Assembly (NCBI GenBank): GCA_016931255.1
Contig: JAFGFG010000009.1
Location: 24,543 to 88,542 of the forward strand
Reading direction: 5' to 3'
Length of the DNA: 64,000 nt
From: Candidatus Aenigmatarchaeota archaeon
Lineage (GTDB): Archaea; Aenigmatarchaeota; Aenigmatarchaeia; QMZP01; JAFGSV01
The translations under genes were made by a program, and so were the position numbers. Numbering within the stretch: position 1 is the stretch's first letter; every line of letters starts with the position of its first letter. This document shows, one piece after another, positions 9,453 to 19,015 of the stretch. Under the pieces are notes generated by a model that was given only the letters and a program-made list of their open reading frames with translations, searched no databases and was not told the DNA's origin.

Positions 9453-11086
9453 TTATGAAGGTTACGATAGCTCAGCTGAATCCTGTGGTCGGGGACATAG
9501 ACGGCAACCTTAAGAAAGCAAAGGATGTGCTCTCCAATGCCGGTGGCACGGACCTCGTGGTATTTCCTGAGATGTTCCTAACAGGATATCCGCCGAGGGA
9601 CCTTCTCGAAAAGAAGTATTTCATAGAGAGGTCTATGAAGGCTGTTGAGAAGCTTGCGAAGGCTTCGGAGAATTACGATTTCGGTATAATAGTAGGTGTT
9701 CCTGAGAAGAACGGGGGTAAAGAGGGAATGGGGCTTTACAATACTGCTGTTCTCCTGCATAAGGGGAAAAAGAAAATAGTTCAGCGAAAATCACTCCTCC
9801 CAACTTATGACGTATTCGATGAGGCAAGATATTTCGATCCCGCAGATAAGATAGATGTTGTCGGTTTCGGTGATGAAAAAATAGGGATTTCGATTTGCGA
9901 GGATGCATGGAATGACCCTCAGCTCTGGCACAGGCGGCACTATGACTTCAATCCCATAGAAGAGCTTGCAAAGAAAGGCGCTACCCTGATGATAAACATA
10001 TCAGCCTCGCCGTTTCATCTAGGGAAAGGCCGCATAAGATACAGGCTTGTCAGCAATCATTCAAAGAAGCACGGTGTCCCATTCATCTACGTCAATCAGG
10101 TGGGGGCGAATGACGAACTGATATTCGACGGAAGGAGTATATTCACTGACTCAGATGGAAAACTGGTGACATCACTTCCTCCATTTAAGGAAACGGTTGT
10201 CACAGTCGACACAAAAGAAAAGGGTAAATCCGAATACATCGAGGAGGGAGAAATGGAGAGCCTCGAAAGCGCTCTTGTTCTTGGAGTGGGCGATTACTTC
10301 AGGAAGTGTGGATTCAGGGAAGCGGTTGTCGGACTTTCAGGAGGCATAGATTCTGCTGTGACATGTGCACTGGCTGTCAAAGCACTCGGAAAAGAGAATG
10401 TACTGGGAATATCGATGCCTTCCAGATTCTCGTCCACGGGAAGCGTTGACGACTCCGAGAGGCTCGCAAAAAATCTTGGCATAGAATTCAAGGTTATACC
10501 AATAAAGGAAGTGCATGATTCTTATATTGCCACGCTGAAGGAACATTTCAAGGGGAAGAAGGAAGACGTTACAGAAGAAAACATCCAAGCAAGGATAAGG
10601 GGAAATCTCCTCATGGCGTTCTCGAACAAGTTCGGGCATCTCGTGCTCTCAACCGGCAACAAGAGCGAGGTTTCTGTCGGCTACTGCACACTTTACGGAG
10701 ATATGACAGGAGGACTTTCCGTGATATCGGATGTCCCAAAGACAATGGTATATGAACTTGCCAGATACATCAACAGGAATAAAGAGATAATTCCCAAAGA
10801 GACCATAGAGAAACCGCCTTCTGCAGAGCTGAGACCCAATCAGAAGGATCAGGACAGCCTTCCGCCTTATGATATACTCGACGAAATACTGAAGTATTAT
10901 GTTGATGAAAGGCTTTCATCGGATGAAATAAAGAGTAAAGGATTCAACAAGGACACAGTTGACTGGGTTATAAGGACTGTCAACAGGAACGAATACAAGA
11001 GAAAGCAGGCTGCTCCCGGACTGAAGGTCACTTCCAAGGCTTTTGGTCAGGGACGAAGGATACCAATAGCTGCAAAGCACGAATGA
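9449..11086 (+). CDS. nadE: glutamine-dependent NAD+ synthetase
   Basis: Nitrilase domain (FPE, K, ICEDAW) fused to SGGIDS / ENIQARIRG / TGNKSE / PPSAEL synthetase domain. Confidence 0.95.
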   Translation: MIMKVTIAQLNPVVGDIDGNLKKAKDVLSNAGGTDLVVFPEMFLTGYPPRDLLEKKYFIERSMKAVEKLAKASENYDFGIIVGVPEKNGGKEGMGLYNTAVLLHKGKKKIVQRKSLLPTYDVFDEARYFDPADKIDVVGFGDEKIGISICEDAWNDPQLWHRRHYDFNPIEELAKKGATLMINISASPFHLGKGRIRYRLVSNHSKKHGVPFIYVNQVGANDELIFDGRSIFTDSDGKLVTSLPPFKETVVTVDTKEKGKSEYIEEGEMESLESALVLGVGDYFRKCGFREAVVGLSGGIDSAVTCALAVKALGKENVLGISMPSRFSSTGSVDDSERLAKNLGIEFKVIPIKEVHDSYIATLKEHFKGKKEDVTEENIQARIRGNLLMAFSNKFGHLVLSTGNKSEVSVGYCTLYGDMTGGLSVISDVPKTMVYELARYINRNKEIIPKETIEKPPSAELRPNQKDQDSLPPYDILDEILKYYVDERLSSDEIKSKGFNKDTVDWVIRTVNRNEYKRKQAAPGLKVTSKAFGQGRRIPIAAKHE

Positions 11087-11148
11087 TTTAATTATTAGCG
11101 AGTAGTGATTAAATAAATATTTATAAATATGTCATTCATAGATTTTCT

Positions 11149-11895
11149 ATGTCAAATAGCATGGTTAGCATTCCGAGGCTAAAAATATATGGTGCAGGAG
11201 ACTTCAACAGGAATGTTCCATACTTTCTGGAAGGCGATATTTCGCCTGAGATAAATAACTACGAAAAGAAGTTCTTGGATATTCATAAGGAAACAATAAC
11301 ACTCGGCGAGCAGGCAGGATTGTGGAATTCTTATCTCTTATCAGAGCTTGGCGAACTCGATCTCGGGGAAGCAAAGAACGCAATCTATTCAGTGTTCGAA
11401 GGCATCGGCGGTGGAAACTTCACAAATGACGCATGCAACTATGATGGTGGGATAAAGCTCAAAAAATCCAAGAAAACGGACAGGTCAGTCGAGTGGATAA
11501 TACACCCTGAAAGTTTCGAGAAGAAGAACGGCATATGGGTAGCAAAGATTGGTCCGGATTCCGAAGTTAAACATATTATTATTCCTTCATCTGGTTATGT
11601 ACAACTTACATGTGATGGAGCATTCAGGCCTGATACAGGAACACCATTTTCCACTGTGAAACTTCGGCCTGACGCTGTCAAGTCATGGATAGATGCCGGA
11701 TACAGTCCTGAATTCGCAGAAAAAGCTGTTACACACTTTTATTGTAGGCACGAAGGAAAAGGAACAACTTCTGTTGGTCGCTGGAATAAGGGCGACCACT
11801 ATGGGCAGTTCAATCTTTATGCCGTATATGACCCAGACTATGGTGGAACTGATTTCGGATCACTTGCGCTAGAATCAATCTCAGTGAAAAAGTAA
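11149..11895 (+). CDS. hypothetical protein
   Basis: 248-aa ORF with its own TATA box; no confident family. Confidence 0.6.
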   Translation: MSNSMVSIPRLKIYGAGDFNRNVPYFLEGDISPEINNYEKKFLDIHKETITLGEQAGLWNSYLLSELGELDLGEAKNAIYSVFEGIGGGNFTNDACNYDGGIKLKKSKKTDRSVEWIIHPESFEKKNGIWVAKIGPDSEVKHIIIPSSGYVQLTCDGAFRPDTGTPFSTVKLRPDAVKSWIDAGYSPEFAEKAVTHFYCRHEGKGTTSVGRWNKGDHYGQFNLYAVYDPDYGGTDFGSLALESISVKK

Positions 11896-11950
11896 GAATC
11901 ATGAACACGCAAAATTACTATTTAAATACACTCTTCTTTTCATCTTCTTT

Positions 11951-13135
11951 ATGAAAAACATAAATACTGGAAAGAAGCGTTCCAAGAACGAATGTACATT
12001 TGCCAAGTCCGAGATTATAGAATTGGCTACAAATATTCTTAAGAGAGGCAATGTGTGCAACCACTGCCTCGGTAGACAGTTCGCGCATGTCTCTACAGGG
12101 ATGACAAACAAAGAGCGCGGAGCTGCTATAAGGACTCACCTGAAGAAGAAAGAGAACATCAAATGCGAAGTATGCGGTGACATATTCAGAAAGCTCGACA
12201 AGTATGCTGATGCCGCAGCAGCCCGGATGAAAAAGCTCGAATACAGTACATTCCTTGTGGGAACAATCCTCAGCAGCGAACTGATTTCGGAGGAAGAAAG
12301 CCTCTGGGAAGATGTTGGAATAGAATACTGCGAATCAATAAAGAGCGAGCTTAACAGGGAACTCGGAAAGGTCATATATGACAGGGTCAAAAAGGAGCAC
12401 GATCCAAAGATGCCGGATGTGACAGTGATACTTAATCTTGACAAAGACCGGATAGAACTGAATGTATCCTCACTTTTCATAAGAGGTGAATACAACAAAT
12501 TCAAGAGAGGTCTTCCCCAGACCAAGTGGGACAAGTACGACGAAACCCTTGAGGATGTCATAGCAGCGCCATTCATGCTGGCAACAGGCGGTGACGGCCA
12601 TTCCCTTCACGCAAGTGGAAGGGAGGACATCGACGCTTTATGCTTCGGGGGAAGGCCTTTTGTCCTTGAGATAAAGAATCCTGTAAAAAGAAACATAGAC
12701 CTGAAGAAGATGGCAGCTTCTGTCAAAAAGACAGGCAAGGCCGAGATACTGGGATTAAAATTTGCCGACAGAAGGGAAGTCGTTAAAGTGAAGAGCATGC
12801 AGAACGACAAGAGCTACAGGGCGCTCGTTGAATTTGCGAAACCAGTCAAGGACATTGAAAAACTCGGCGAGCTTAACAATACGGTCATAAATCAGCGCAC
12901 TCCCCACAGGGTTGAGCACAGAAGGGCTGATAAGGTGAGGAAAAGGAAGGTGCTTGGCATATCCTGGAAGAGGATTAATAATAAAAGCTTTGAGTTACTA
13001 ATAAAAGGAGAAGCTGGGTTATACATAAAGGAACTGGTAAGCGGCGATGACGGAAGGTCGAAGCCGTCTGTTTCCGGTTTACTCAAGAATCCGGCAGTTG
13101 TCAAGGAACTTGATGTAGTTAAGATATGGAAATGA
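11951..13135 (+). CDS. pus10: tRNA pseudouridine(54/55) synthase Pus10
   Basis: CNHCLGRQF, HASGREDIDAL, QRTPHRV, GLYIKELVSGDDGR; start uncertain. Confidence 0.93.
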   Translation: MKNINTGKKRSKNECTFAKSEIIELATNILKRGNVCNHCLGRQFAHVSTGMTNKERGAAIRTHLKKKENIKCEVCGDIFRKLDKYADAAAARMKKLEYSTFLVGTILSSELISEEESLWEDVGIEYCESIKSELNRELGKVIYDRVKKEHDPKMPDVTVILNLDKDRIELNVSSLFIRGEYNKFKRGLPQTKWDKYDETLEDVIAAPFMLATGGDGHSLHASGREDIDALCFGGRPFVLEIKNPVKRNIDLKKMAASVKKTGKAEILGLKFADRREVVKVKSMQNDKSYRALVEFAKPVKDIEKLGELNNTVINQRTPHRVEHRRADKVRKRKVLGISWKRINNKSFELLIKGEAGLYIKELVSGDDGRSKPSVSGLLKNPAVVKELDVVKIWK

Positions 13136-13139
13136 TAAT

Positions 13140-13430
13140 ATGGTAAAGTCATCAAAGGGACTCAGGGCAGGAACAAGGAAGAAGTTCACAAAGAATCTTC
13201 GTGACAAATTCACAGTTACACCCTACCTCATGGAGTTCAATGAAAATGACAGAGTAACTGTTATGCCAAAGCCTTCGTCAGTCAGCGGAATGCCGCATTT
13301 CAGGTTCAAGGGTGCAGCAGGCATAGTGACCGGAAAGAGAGGGACTGCATACACAGTCGAAGTTAAGATTGGGAACAAGAAAAAGACAGTAATTACAAAG
13401 CCAGAGCATCTTGTCCCGGTAAAAGTTTAG
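13140..13430 (+). CDS. rpl21e: 50S ribosomal protein L21e
   Basis: SKGLRAGTRKK...GMPHFRFKG...PEHL. Confidence 0.95.
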   Translation: MVKSSKGLRAGTRKKFTKNLRDKFTVTPYLMEFNENDRVTVMPKPSSVSGMPHFRFKGAAGIVTGKRGTAYTVEVKIGNKKKTVITKPEHLVPVKV

Positions 13431-13438
13431 GTGATATT

Positions 13439-13768
13439 ATGGAAATAAAGAACGAAAAAGTTGTAACTTCGTATGACGCTAAGGCTATCCTGAAGAAGAG
13501 AGAGAAGGAAAGTGAGCTTAATTATGAGCAGAAGAATGCGCTTGATTATCTCAGCAAGTTCTGCAAGCTTCCCGAGAAGGACATAAAAGCACTCGTGGAA
13601 AGACTTTCTAAGATAGAAAAGCTTCTTGACAGGCATGTTGTCGCAATAGTGGAGACCATGCCCAAGGACGACGACGATCTCAGGCTGCTGTTCGCAAATG
13701 AGAGGATAGTCCTTGAGGACAACGAGAAAAAGCAGATTCTCAGCGCTGTGAAAAGTCTTGGCAAATGA
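13439..13768 (+). CDS. rpoF: RNA polymerase subunit Rpo4 (F)
   Basis: ELNYEQKNALDY...MPKDDDDLR; follows rpl21e as in the conserved archaeal operon. Confidence 0.88.
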   Translation: MEIKNEKVVTSYDAKAILKKREKESELNYEQKNALDYLSKFCKLPEKDIKALVERLSKIEKLLDRHVVAIVETMPKDDDDLRLLFANERIVLEDNEKKQILSAVKSLGK

Positions 13769-13824
13769 ATGTATTGGAAGATGCCAGTTTTGGTCTTTTA
13801 TATGTATACTCCACTACCGATAAG

Positions 13825-13857
13825 TTTATAAATAGCTTGGGTGATAGTTTATATCAC
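13825..13857 (+). promoter_or_regulatory. tfb promoter: TATA box plus downstream GTGATA-N5-TATCAC palindrome
   Basis: TTTATAAA at 13825-13832; perfect 6-5-6 inverted repeat at 13841-13857. Confidence 0.5.
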
Positions 13858-13888
13858 TTTACTCGTATATTCACTAAAGAGGAGTAAC

Positions 13889-14863
13889 ATGGAACAAAAA
13901 ACTGAAGAAAATGCTGGAGAAAAACCTGAAGAAAAAAAGAAGCCTACATGCCCTGAATGCAATAGCGAGAACATACAGTTCGACCCTAACAGGGGCGAAT
14001 CTGTCTGCATGAAGTGCGGACTTGTTGTTGACGAAGCAGCAATCGACGTTACTCAGGAATGGAGAGCATTCGACGAAGACCAGAGATCCAGAAGGGTCAG
14101 AACAGGTGCTCCGCTTACTCCCACAAAGCACGACCAAGGTATAACAACTGAAATGGGTAAAGGCCGTGGCGAATTATTTAAAGTGGCTCCGAAGAAGAGA
14201 GCGCAGTACTACAGGCTTACCAAATGGCACAAGAGGCTCATAAAGTCAAAAGACAGGAACCTCTCATTCGCATTCTCAGAACTTCAGAGGCTTATATCAT
14301 TCTTAGGACTTTCCCAGTCTATACACGAGAAGGTCGCCAAGCTGTACGAAAAGGCAGTTGAGGGCGGTCTTGTAAGGGGAAGAAGCACAGAGTCCATAAT
14401 CGCAGCGCTCCTTTATACTGTATGCCGTGAGGAAGGTGCTCCAAGGACACTTGACGAGATATCGAAGGCGTCCGGGATAAACAGGCGTGACATAGGCAAG
14501 ACCTACAGGTATGTCGCCAGGAAGCTGGGGATGAGGATACTGCCTGCAAAGTCGCAGGATTATGTTCCGAGGTTCGGTTCACTTCTCGGTCTTTCCGAAA
14601 GGGTTCAGGTAAGGGCAGTCCATGTTCTGGATGAGGCAAGCCAGTATGATGTCACATCAGGAAAGGGCCCGATTGGTGTCGCAGCAGCAGCCCTTTACAT
14701 TGCAGCTGTTCTCGGCGGCGAGAAGAAGACACAGAGAGAAGTTGCCGATGCCATAGGCGTGACAGAGGTGACCATAAGAAACCGCTACAAGGAAATCGTT
14801 GACAAGCTCGGCATCAGGGAAGAAGTGGAAGAGAAGGTCAAAGAAGAGGAAGACAGCAACTAG
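13889..14863 (+). CDS. tfb: transcription initiation factor IIB
   Basis: Zn ribbon CPEC..CMKCG, EWRAF, cyclin repeats, VTEVTIRNRYKE; RBS GAGGAG before ATG 13889. Confidence 0.97.
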   Translation: MEQKTEENAGEKPEEKKKPTCPECNSENIQFDPNRGESVCMKCGLVVDEAAIDVTQEWRAFDEDQRSRRVRTGAPLTPTKHDQGITTEMGKGRGELFKVAPKKRAQYYRLTKWHKRLIKSKDRNLSFAFSELQRLISFLGLSQSIHEKVAKLYEKAVEGGLVRGRSTESIIAALLYTVCREEGAPRTLDEISKASGINRRDIGKTYRYVARKLGMRILPAKSQDYVPRFGSLLGLSERVQVRAVHVLDEASQYDVTSGKGPIGVAAAALYIAAVLGGEKKTQREVADAIGVTEVTIRNRYKEIVDKLGIREEVEEKVKEEEDSN

Positions 14864-14907
14864 ACTGTCACCTAAACTTTTATAGCATTTATTGTATTAG
14901 AAAAACT

Positions 14908-16674
14908 ATGAGAAATGCGAATTTCGCTTTCTATGGAAAACAGGCTGTCATTTATAACAACGGTGTGATACCTGACACAAGTGAAGAGCTTGTGTTGTCA
15001 GGCCTTTTTGAGCATGTTTTCATGGATTACATGCAGCATCTCCGCGAGAGGGATTCACCGCTTTTCGATATTGTTCCAAAGGGCATCAGCCGAAAGAAGC
15101 AGGACAGTCTGATGCTGATGATAATCAGAAAGCTCACGCACATGAGGCACGACGAGGTGGCAATGGCATTCCCTCAGGCAAGGGAAGTCTTCAGGGACAC
15201 ATACATGCTTAATGAATTTGTCGAGAAGCTTTACAATTTCTGGAGAAGCTTCGAACGATTCTTCATATGTTATTCGCTCGAAGGCGGGGGCGAAGACCAG
15301 GAATACGACAAGCGGCCTTACAGGACGTTCAACCATACAATCGAGATACTTAATCACCTTACAAGGACGGCTTACAGGGATATATGCGAGAACATAACAG
15401 GGGAACATCCCAGAGTCTACAGGCAGGTAGCTGCAGGCTGTCAGATAGGCGTTATAGCGGGCGAGAAGGAAATGCCTCTCGGAAAAAAGTATGCAAATAT
15501 GTCTGCTGTTCCTGTGATAAGGCAGGTCTTCATGTCGCCGCCTCTCATTCTTGACCCGACGATGAACAAACGGTCAGGTATTTTCAGGGAAGTCAATGAG
15601 AATCCATTGGAGGGTGTTGATTTCACATCAGGGGAATGGCTGTGCTATCCTGCAAAGGTATGCGATACCCTGATTCATGTTTTCTTCCATTCGCGCTTCA
15701 TGGGACTTGGCACATCACTCGCCAACCTCTTTGACCTTGCAGACGATGAAGACCTTACAAAAAAGCCTGATGCAATATACGCATTCGGCGTGCCGATGAA
15801 GCACATGAAGAAGTACGGGAAGAATCCCACTGTATTCTTTGAGGACAGTAAGAACAAGATTTTCGTTGGAGCTGTCCCGGGTGATGACAGCTACGGATAC
15901 TTTGGATATCTCAAAAAGATGATACTTACTCTCCATAACATAGTCTCGATAAAGAAGGGCCGCCTTCCGGTTCACGGAGCTATGGTGCGTATAAGCATGA
16001 AGAACAGGAAAACCGCCAATGTTCTTGTCTGGGGAGACAGCGGCGCCGGCAAGTCCGAGACACTGGAAGCATTCAGGATGCTCGGAAAGAAATACATCCG
16101 GGACATGACAGTCATATTCGATGACATGGGCTCACTTGGAATCGACAGCAACGGAAAGGTGATTGCTTACGGCACGGAGACCGGCGCGTTCGTCAGGCTT
16201 GACGACCTCCAGCCTGGTTTTGCATTCGGAAACATGGACAGGACCATGATACACAGCCCTTACACCATAAACAGCCGTGCGATACTTCCGATAACAACCC
16301 AGTATGAAGTGACGAAAGGCCATGAAATAGATTTCCTTCTCTATGCAAACAATTACGAGAGCGTGGACGCTGAGCATCCGATACTCGAAAGGTTCAGCGG
16401 TATTGAGGATGCACTGAAGGTCTTCAGGGAGGGGGCGAGAATGGCCAAGGGCACTACAACTGAAACAGGGCTTGTATATTCATTCTTCGCAAATCCTTTT
16501 GGCCCCGTTCAGTACAAGGACGAATACGATAGGCTTGCAAAGAAGTACTTCGATAAGGTGTTCGCTTCGAAAGTATTTGTCGGCCAGCTTCGAACGCGCT
16601 TAGGCATATCCGGCATGGAAACCAAAGGCCCGCAGGAAGCTGCTAAGGAACTATTCAGGATTATTTCAGGTTGA
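14908..16674 (+). CDS. phosphoenolpyruvate carboxykinase-like protein (bacterial-type family)
   Basis: YFGYLKKM, PVHGAM, GDSGAGKSE, IFDDMG, GTETGAFVRLDDL, ANPFGP. Confidence 0.75.
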   Translation: MRNANFAFYGKQAVIYNNGVIPDTSEELVLSGLFEHVFMDYMQHLRERDSPLFDIVPKGISRKKQDSLMLMIIRKLTHMRHDEVAMAFPQAREVFRDTYMLNEFVEKLYNFWRSFERFFICYSLEGGGEDQEYDKRPYRTFNHTIEILNHLTRTAYRDICENITGEHPRVYRQVAAGCQIGVIAGEKEMPLGKKYANMSAVPVIRQVFMSPPLILDPTMNKRSGIFREVNENPLEGVDFTSGEWLCYPAKVCDTLIHVFFHSRFMGLGTSLANLFDLADDEDLTKKPDAIYAFGVPMKHMKKYGKNPTVFFEDSKNKIFVGAVPGDDSYGYFGYLKKMILTLHNIVSIKKGRLPVHGAMVRISMKNRKTANVLVWGDSGAGKSETLEAFRMLGKKYIRDMTVIFDDMGSLGIDSNGKVIAYGTETGAFVRLDDLQPGFAFGNMDRTMIHSPYTINSRAILPITTQYEVTKGHEIDFLLYANNYESVDAEHPILERFSGIEDALKVFREGARMAKGTTTETGLVYSFFANPFGPVQYKDEYDRLAKKYFDKVFASKVFVGQLRTRLGISGMETKGPQEAAKELFRIISG

Positions 16675-16675
16675 A

Positions 16676-18457
16676 CTACTCCACATAATAGTATGCATTC
16701 CTGCTCTTCTGCTCGCTGTCCTTCTGCGAGTCCGGCTTGTTCGCGCGCGCTCTTCCTGTCTGCGGGTCGCGCCTGAATGTGATGCCGATTTTCCTGAGGA
16801 AGTGGTTCATGCCGTCCTTTGAGTTCATCGGCGCCATGCCGTGGCCATGGACACCGCGCTTCCCGTCGAATATCATGAGCCTGTCAGACATGGCATCGAG
16901 AATCTGCAGGTCGTGGTCAACTATGAAAGCGGCAAGCTCCTTGCTTTCTATGACCTCGCGGATGAGCTTTGATGCGCGCAGCCTCTGCTCGACATCAAGG
17001 AATGCAGTCGGCTCGTCCATGAGAAGTATGTCGAATTCCTTTCCAAGCGTCGCTGCTATGGACACACTCTGCATCTCTCCTCCTGAAAGCGATGAAAGTT
17101 TCTTTTCCATGAGCCTATCAAGGTCAAGCATATGGATAATTCTCTGCTTCATCGTCTTGTCAGTCATCTCCTTCTGCAGGTACAGCCTGACTGTCAGGCC
17201 CTTTTCGTCATCATCCAATTCTATCCTTTGGGGCTTGTATGCAAGCTTCATCTTCCCAAGAGCTTCCCCGTTGTCAGGCTTGACATTGCCTGTAAGCATA
17301 TTTATGAAAGTGCTCTTTCCGGTTGCATTGGGACCTAGTACCCCGATGATTTCACCCTTGTAAAGATTGCCGCTGTCTGTTTCCAGTGAGAATTTATCAA
17401 ACTTTTTCGTGAACCTGGGAAATGTCAGGAAATGCTTGGTCTTCAGTGTATTCTTCATGCCTTTCCTGAAGATTATTTCTTCGTCCCTGAAGCGGACGTT
17501 TTCCTCTTTTATCATACCTTCAAGATACGTGTTTATGCCGACCCTGACACCATAAGGCTTTGATATCACGCCGAACACAGCCGGCTTTCCATAGAGCATG
17601 TGCACCTGGTCTGCGAGGTAATCGGCAACAGCAAGGTCGTGCTCGACAACCATGACCATTTTGTCCTTCGAAAGCATGCGTATGGCTGCAGCGACCCTTA
17701 GCCTCTGCTCCACGTCAAGGTAGGAGCTCGGCTCGTCGAAGAAGTACAAATCAGCATCCTTCATCATCGTTGCGATAACAGCCAGCAGCTGGAGTTCGCC
17801 TCCTGAAAGTGTTTTGATGTCCTTGTTCATTATGCTTTCTGTCCTGAGTATATCCGAGAGTTTACTGAGTTTCTCCTGATTCTCCATCTTTGAGAAAATA
17901 TCTGAAACATTTCCTTTGAATGTTTTCGGTATCTCGTCGATGTTCTGGGGCTTGTAGGCTAACCTAACATTGCCTTTCTGCAATTCAGTGAAGTAGTTCT
18001 GGAGCTCGCTTCCCTTAAACATGTCCATTATCTGGTCGAATGGGACATCCTTATCAATAAGTCCGAGATTTGGCTTCATCTTGTCGGACAGTATCTTCAC
18101 AGCAGTAGACTTTCCAATTCCGTTCTGTCCTATCAGTCCAACAACCATTCTGGGCTTTGGTATCGGAAGCCTGAATAGCTGGAACTGGTTTCTTCCGTAT
18201 CTGAAAACAGGATTCTCCTTCAGTTCGCCCGGAAGGTTGACAATGGAAATTGCTTTTGTCGGACACTTGTTGACGCATATGCCGCACCCTATGCATAACA
18301 ACTCATCTATGTTGGGCTTGTTGTCATCACTGTTTATGGTTATGCATTCCTCTTCAGACCTGTTCACAGGGCATATCCTCTTGCAGAGATGGCTGCATGT
18401 GGTTGGCTTGCATAGTTCCCTGTCTAAAACCGCGATTCTCTTTGGCATGTGAATCAC
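16676..18457 (-). CDS. rli: ribosome recycling ATPase ABCE1/RLI
   Basis: N-terminal 4Fe-4S motifs (CIGCGICVNKCP) and two ABC domains. Confidence 0.97.
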   Translation of the reverse strand: MIHMPKRIAVLDRELCKPTTCSHLCKRICPVNRSEEECITINSDDNKPNIDELLCIGCGICVNKCPTKAISIVNLPGELKENPVFRYGRNQFQLFRLPIPKPRMVVGLIGQNGIGKSTAVKILSDKMKPNLGLIDKDVPFDQIMDMFKGSELQNYFTELQKGNVRLAYKPQNIDEIPKTFKGNVSDIFSKMENQEKLSKLSDILRTESIMNKDIKTLSGGELQLLAVIATMMKDADLYFFDEPSSYLDVEQRLRVAAAIRMLSKDKMVMVVEHDLAVADYLADQVHMLYGKPAVFGVISKPYGVRVGINTYLEGMIKEENVRFRDEEIIFRKGMKNTLKTKHFLTFPRFTKKFDKFSLETDSGNLYKGEIIGVLGPNATGKSTFINMLTGNVKPDNGEALGKMKLAYKPQRIELDDDEKGLTVRLYLQKEMTDKTMKQRIIHMLDLDRLMEKKLSSLSGGEMQSVSIAATLGKEFDILLMDEPTAFLDVEQRLRASKLIREVIESKELAAFIVDHDLQILDAMSDRLMIFDGKRGVHGHGMAPMNSKDGMNHFLRKIGITFRRDPQTGRARANKPDSQKDSEQKSRNAYYYVE

Positions 18458-18948
18458 TCAGATGAAAATTCAGCATTCTTTCCGTATACGAGCTTTATTA
18501 TCCTGCTGAAATTCTGGGGGCTTATCCTCGGCCTCCCGTGCGATGCGGTTACCCTGTAGATTTCCTCACCGTCTTTGTAGATTGTATTGACAGAAACAAC
18601 CCTGAGTGGCATGAGAAGGCTTGAGGCGAAATCCTTGATGTCGGATGCTTCCTCGACGACCTTGACACTCTTCCCTAGTTCCTTCTCAAGCTTCCTGGCA
18701 TTCTGGCCCCCTGCGCCTATCACATTCGGAGCATCACCCTTTCCGCATATTATCACAGCCATGTCAGGAGACTCGACAACATCCACTATGCTCACATCCT
18801 TGAGTTGTTTCTTTTCACCGGATAGTTTTAGAAGAAACGACGATACCTTTACAACTGTCTCGCTTACTTCCCCTCTTTTGACCTTTTCTTCGCATGACCT
18901 GCAAAGGATGCCTGATTTCAGGCACATCTCGCATACGGGCGTTTTCAT
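18454..18948 (-). CDS. archaeal NusA-like KH-domain protein
   Basis: PVCEMCLKSGILCRSC Zn motif plus VIGAGG KH motif. Confidence 0.8.
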   Translation of the reverse strand: MKTPVCEMCLKSGILCRSCEEKVKRGEVSETVVKVSSFLLKLSGEKKQLKDVSIVDVVESPDMAVIICGKGDAPNVIGAGGQNARKLEKELGKSVKVVEEASDIKDFASSLLMPLRVVSVNTIYKDGEEIYRVTASHGRPRISPQNFSRIIKLVYGKNAEFSSE

Positions 18949-19015
18949 ACCAAAACCTCTACAAGAAGATTTATAATAGTTTGTAATTTATAAGAGCCGC
19001 CGCATAAGATTTACT

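Noticed and set aside
2641-13768. Broken conserved operons (DUF655 away from rpoF; no nop10 after aIF2-alpha)
   Set aside because: Ordinary gene-order shuffling in reduced archaeal genomes
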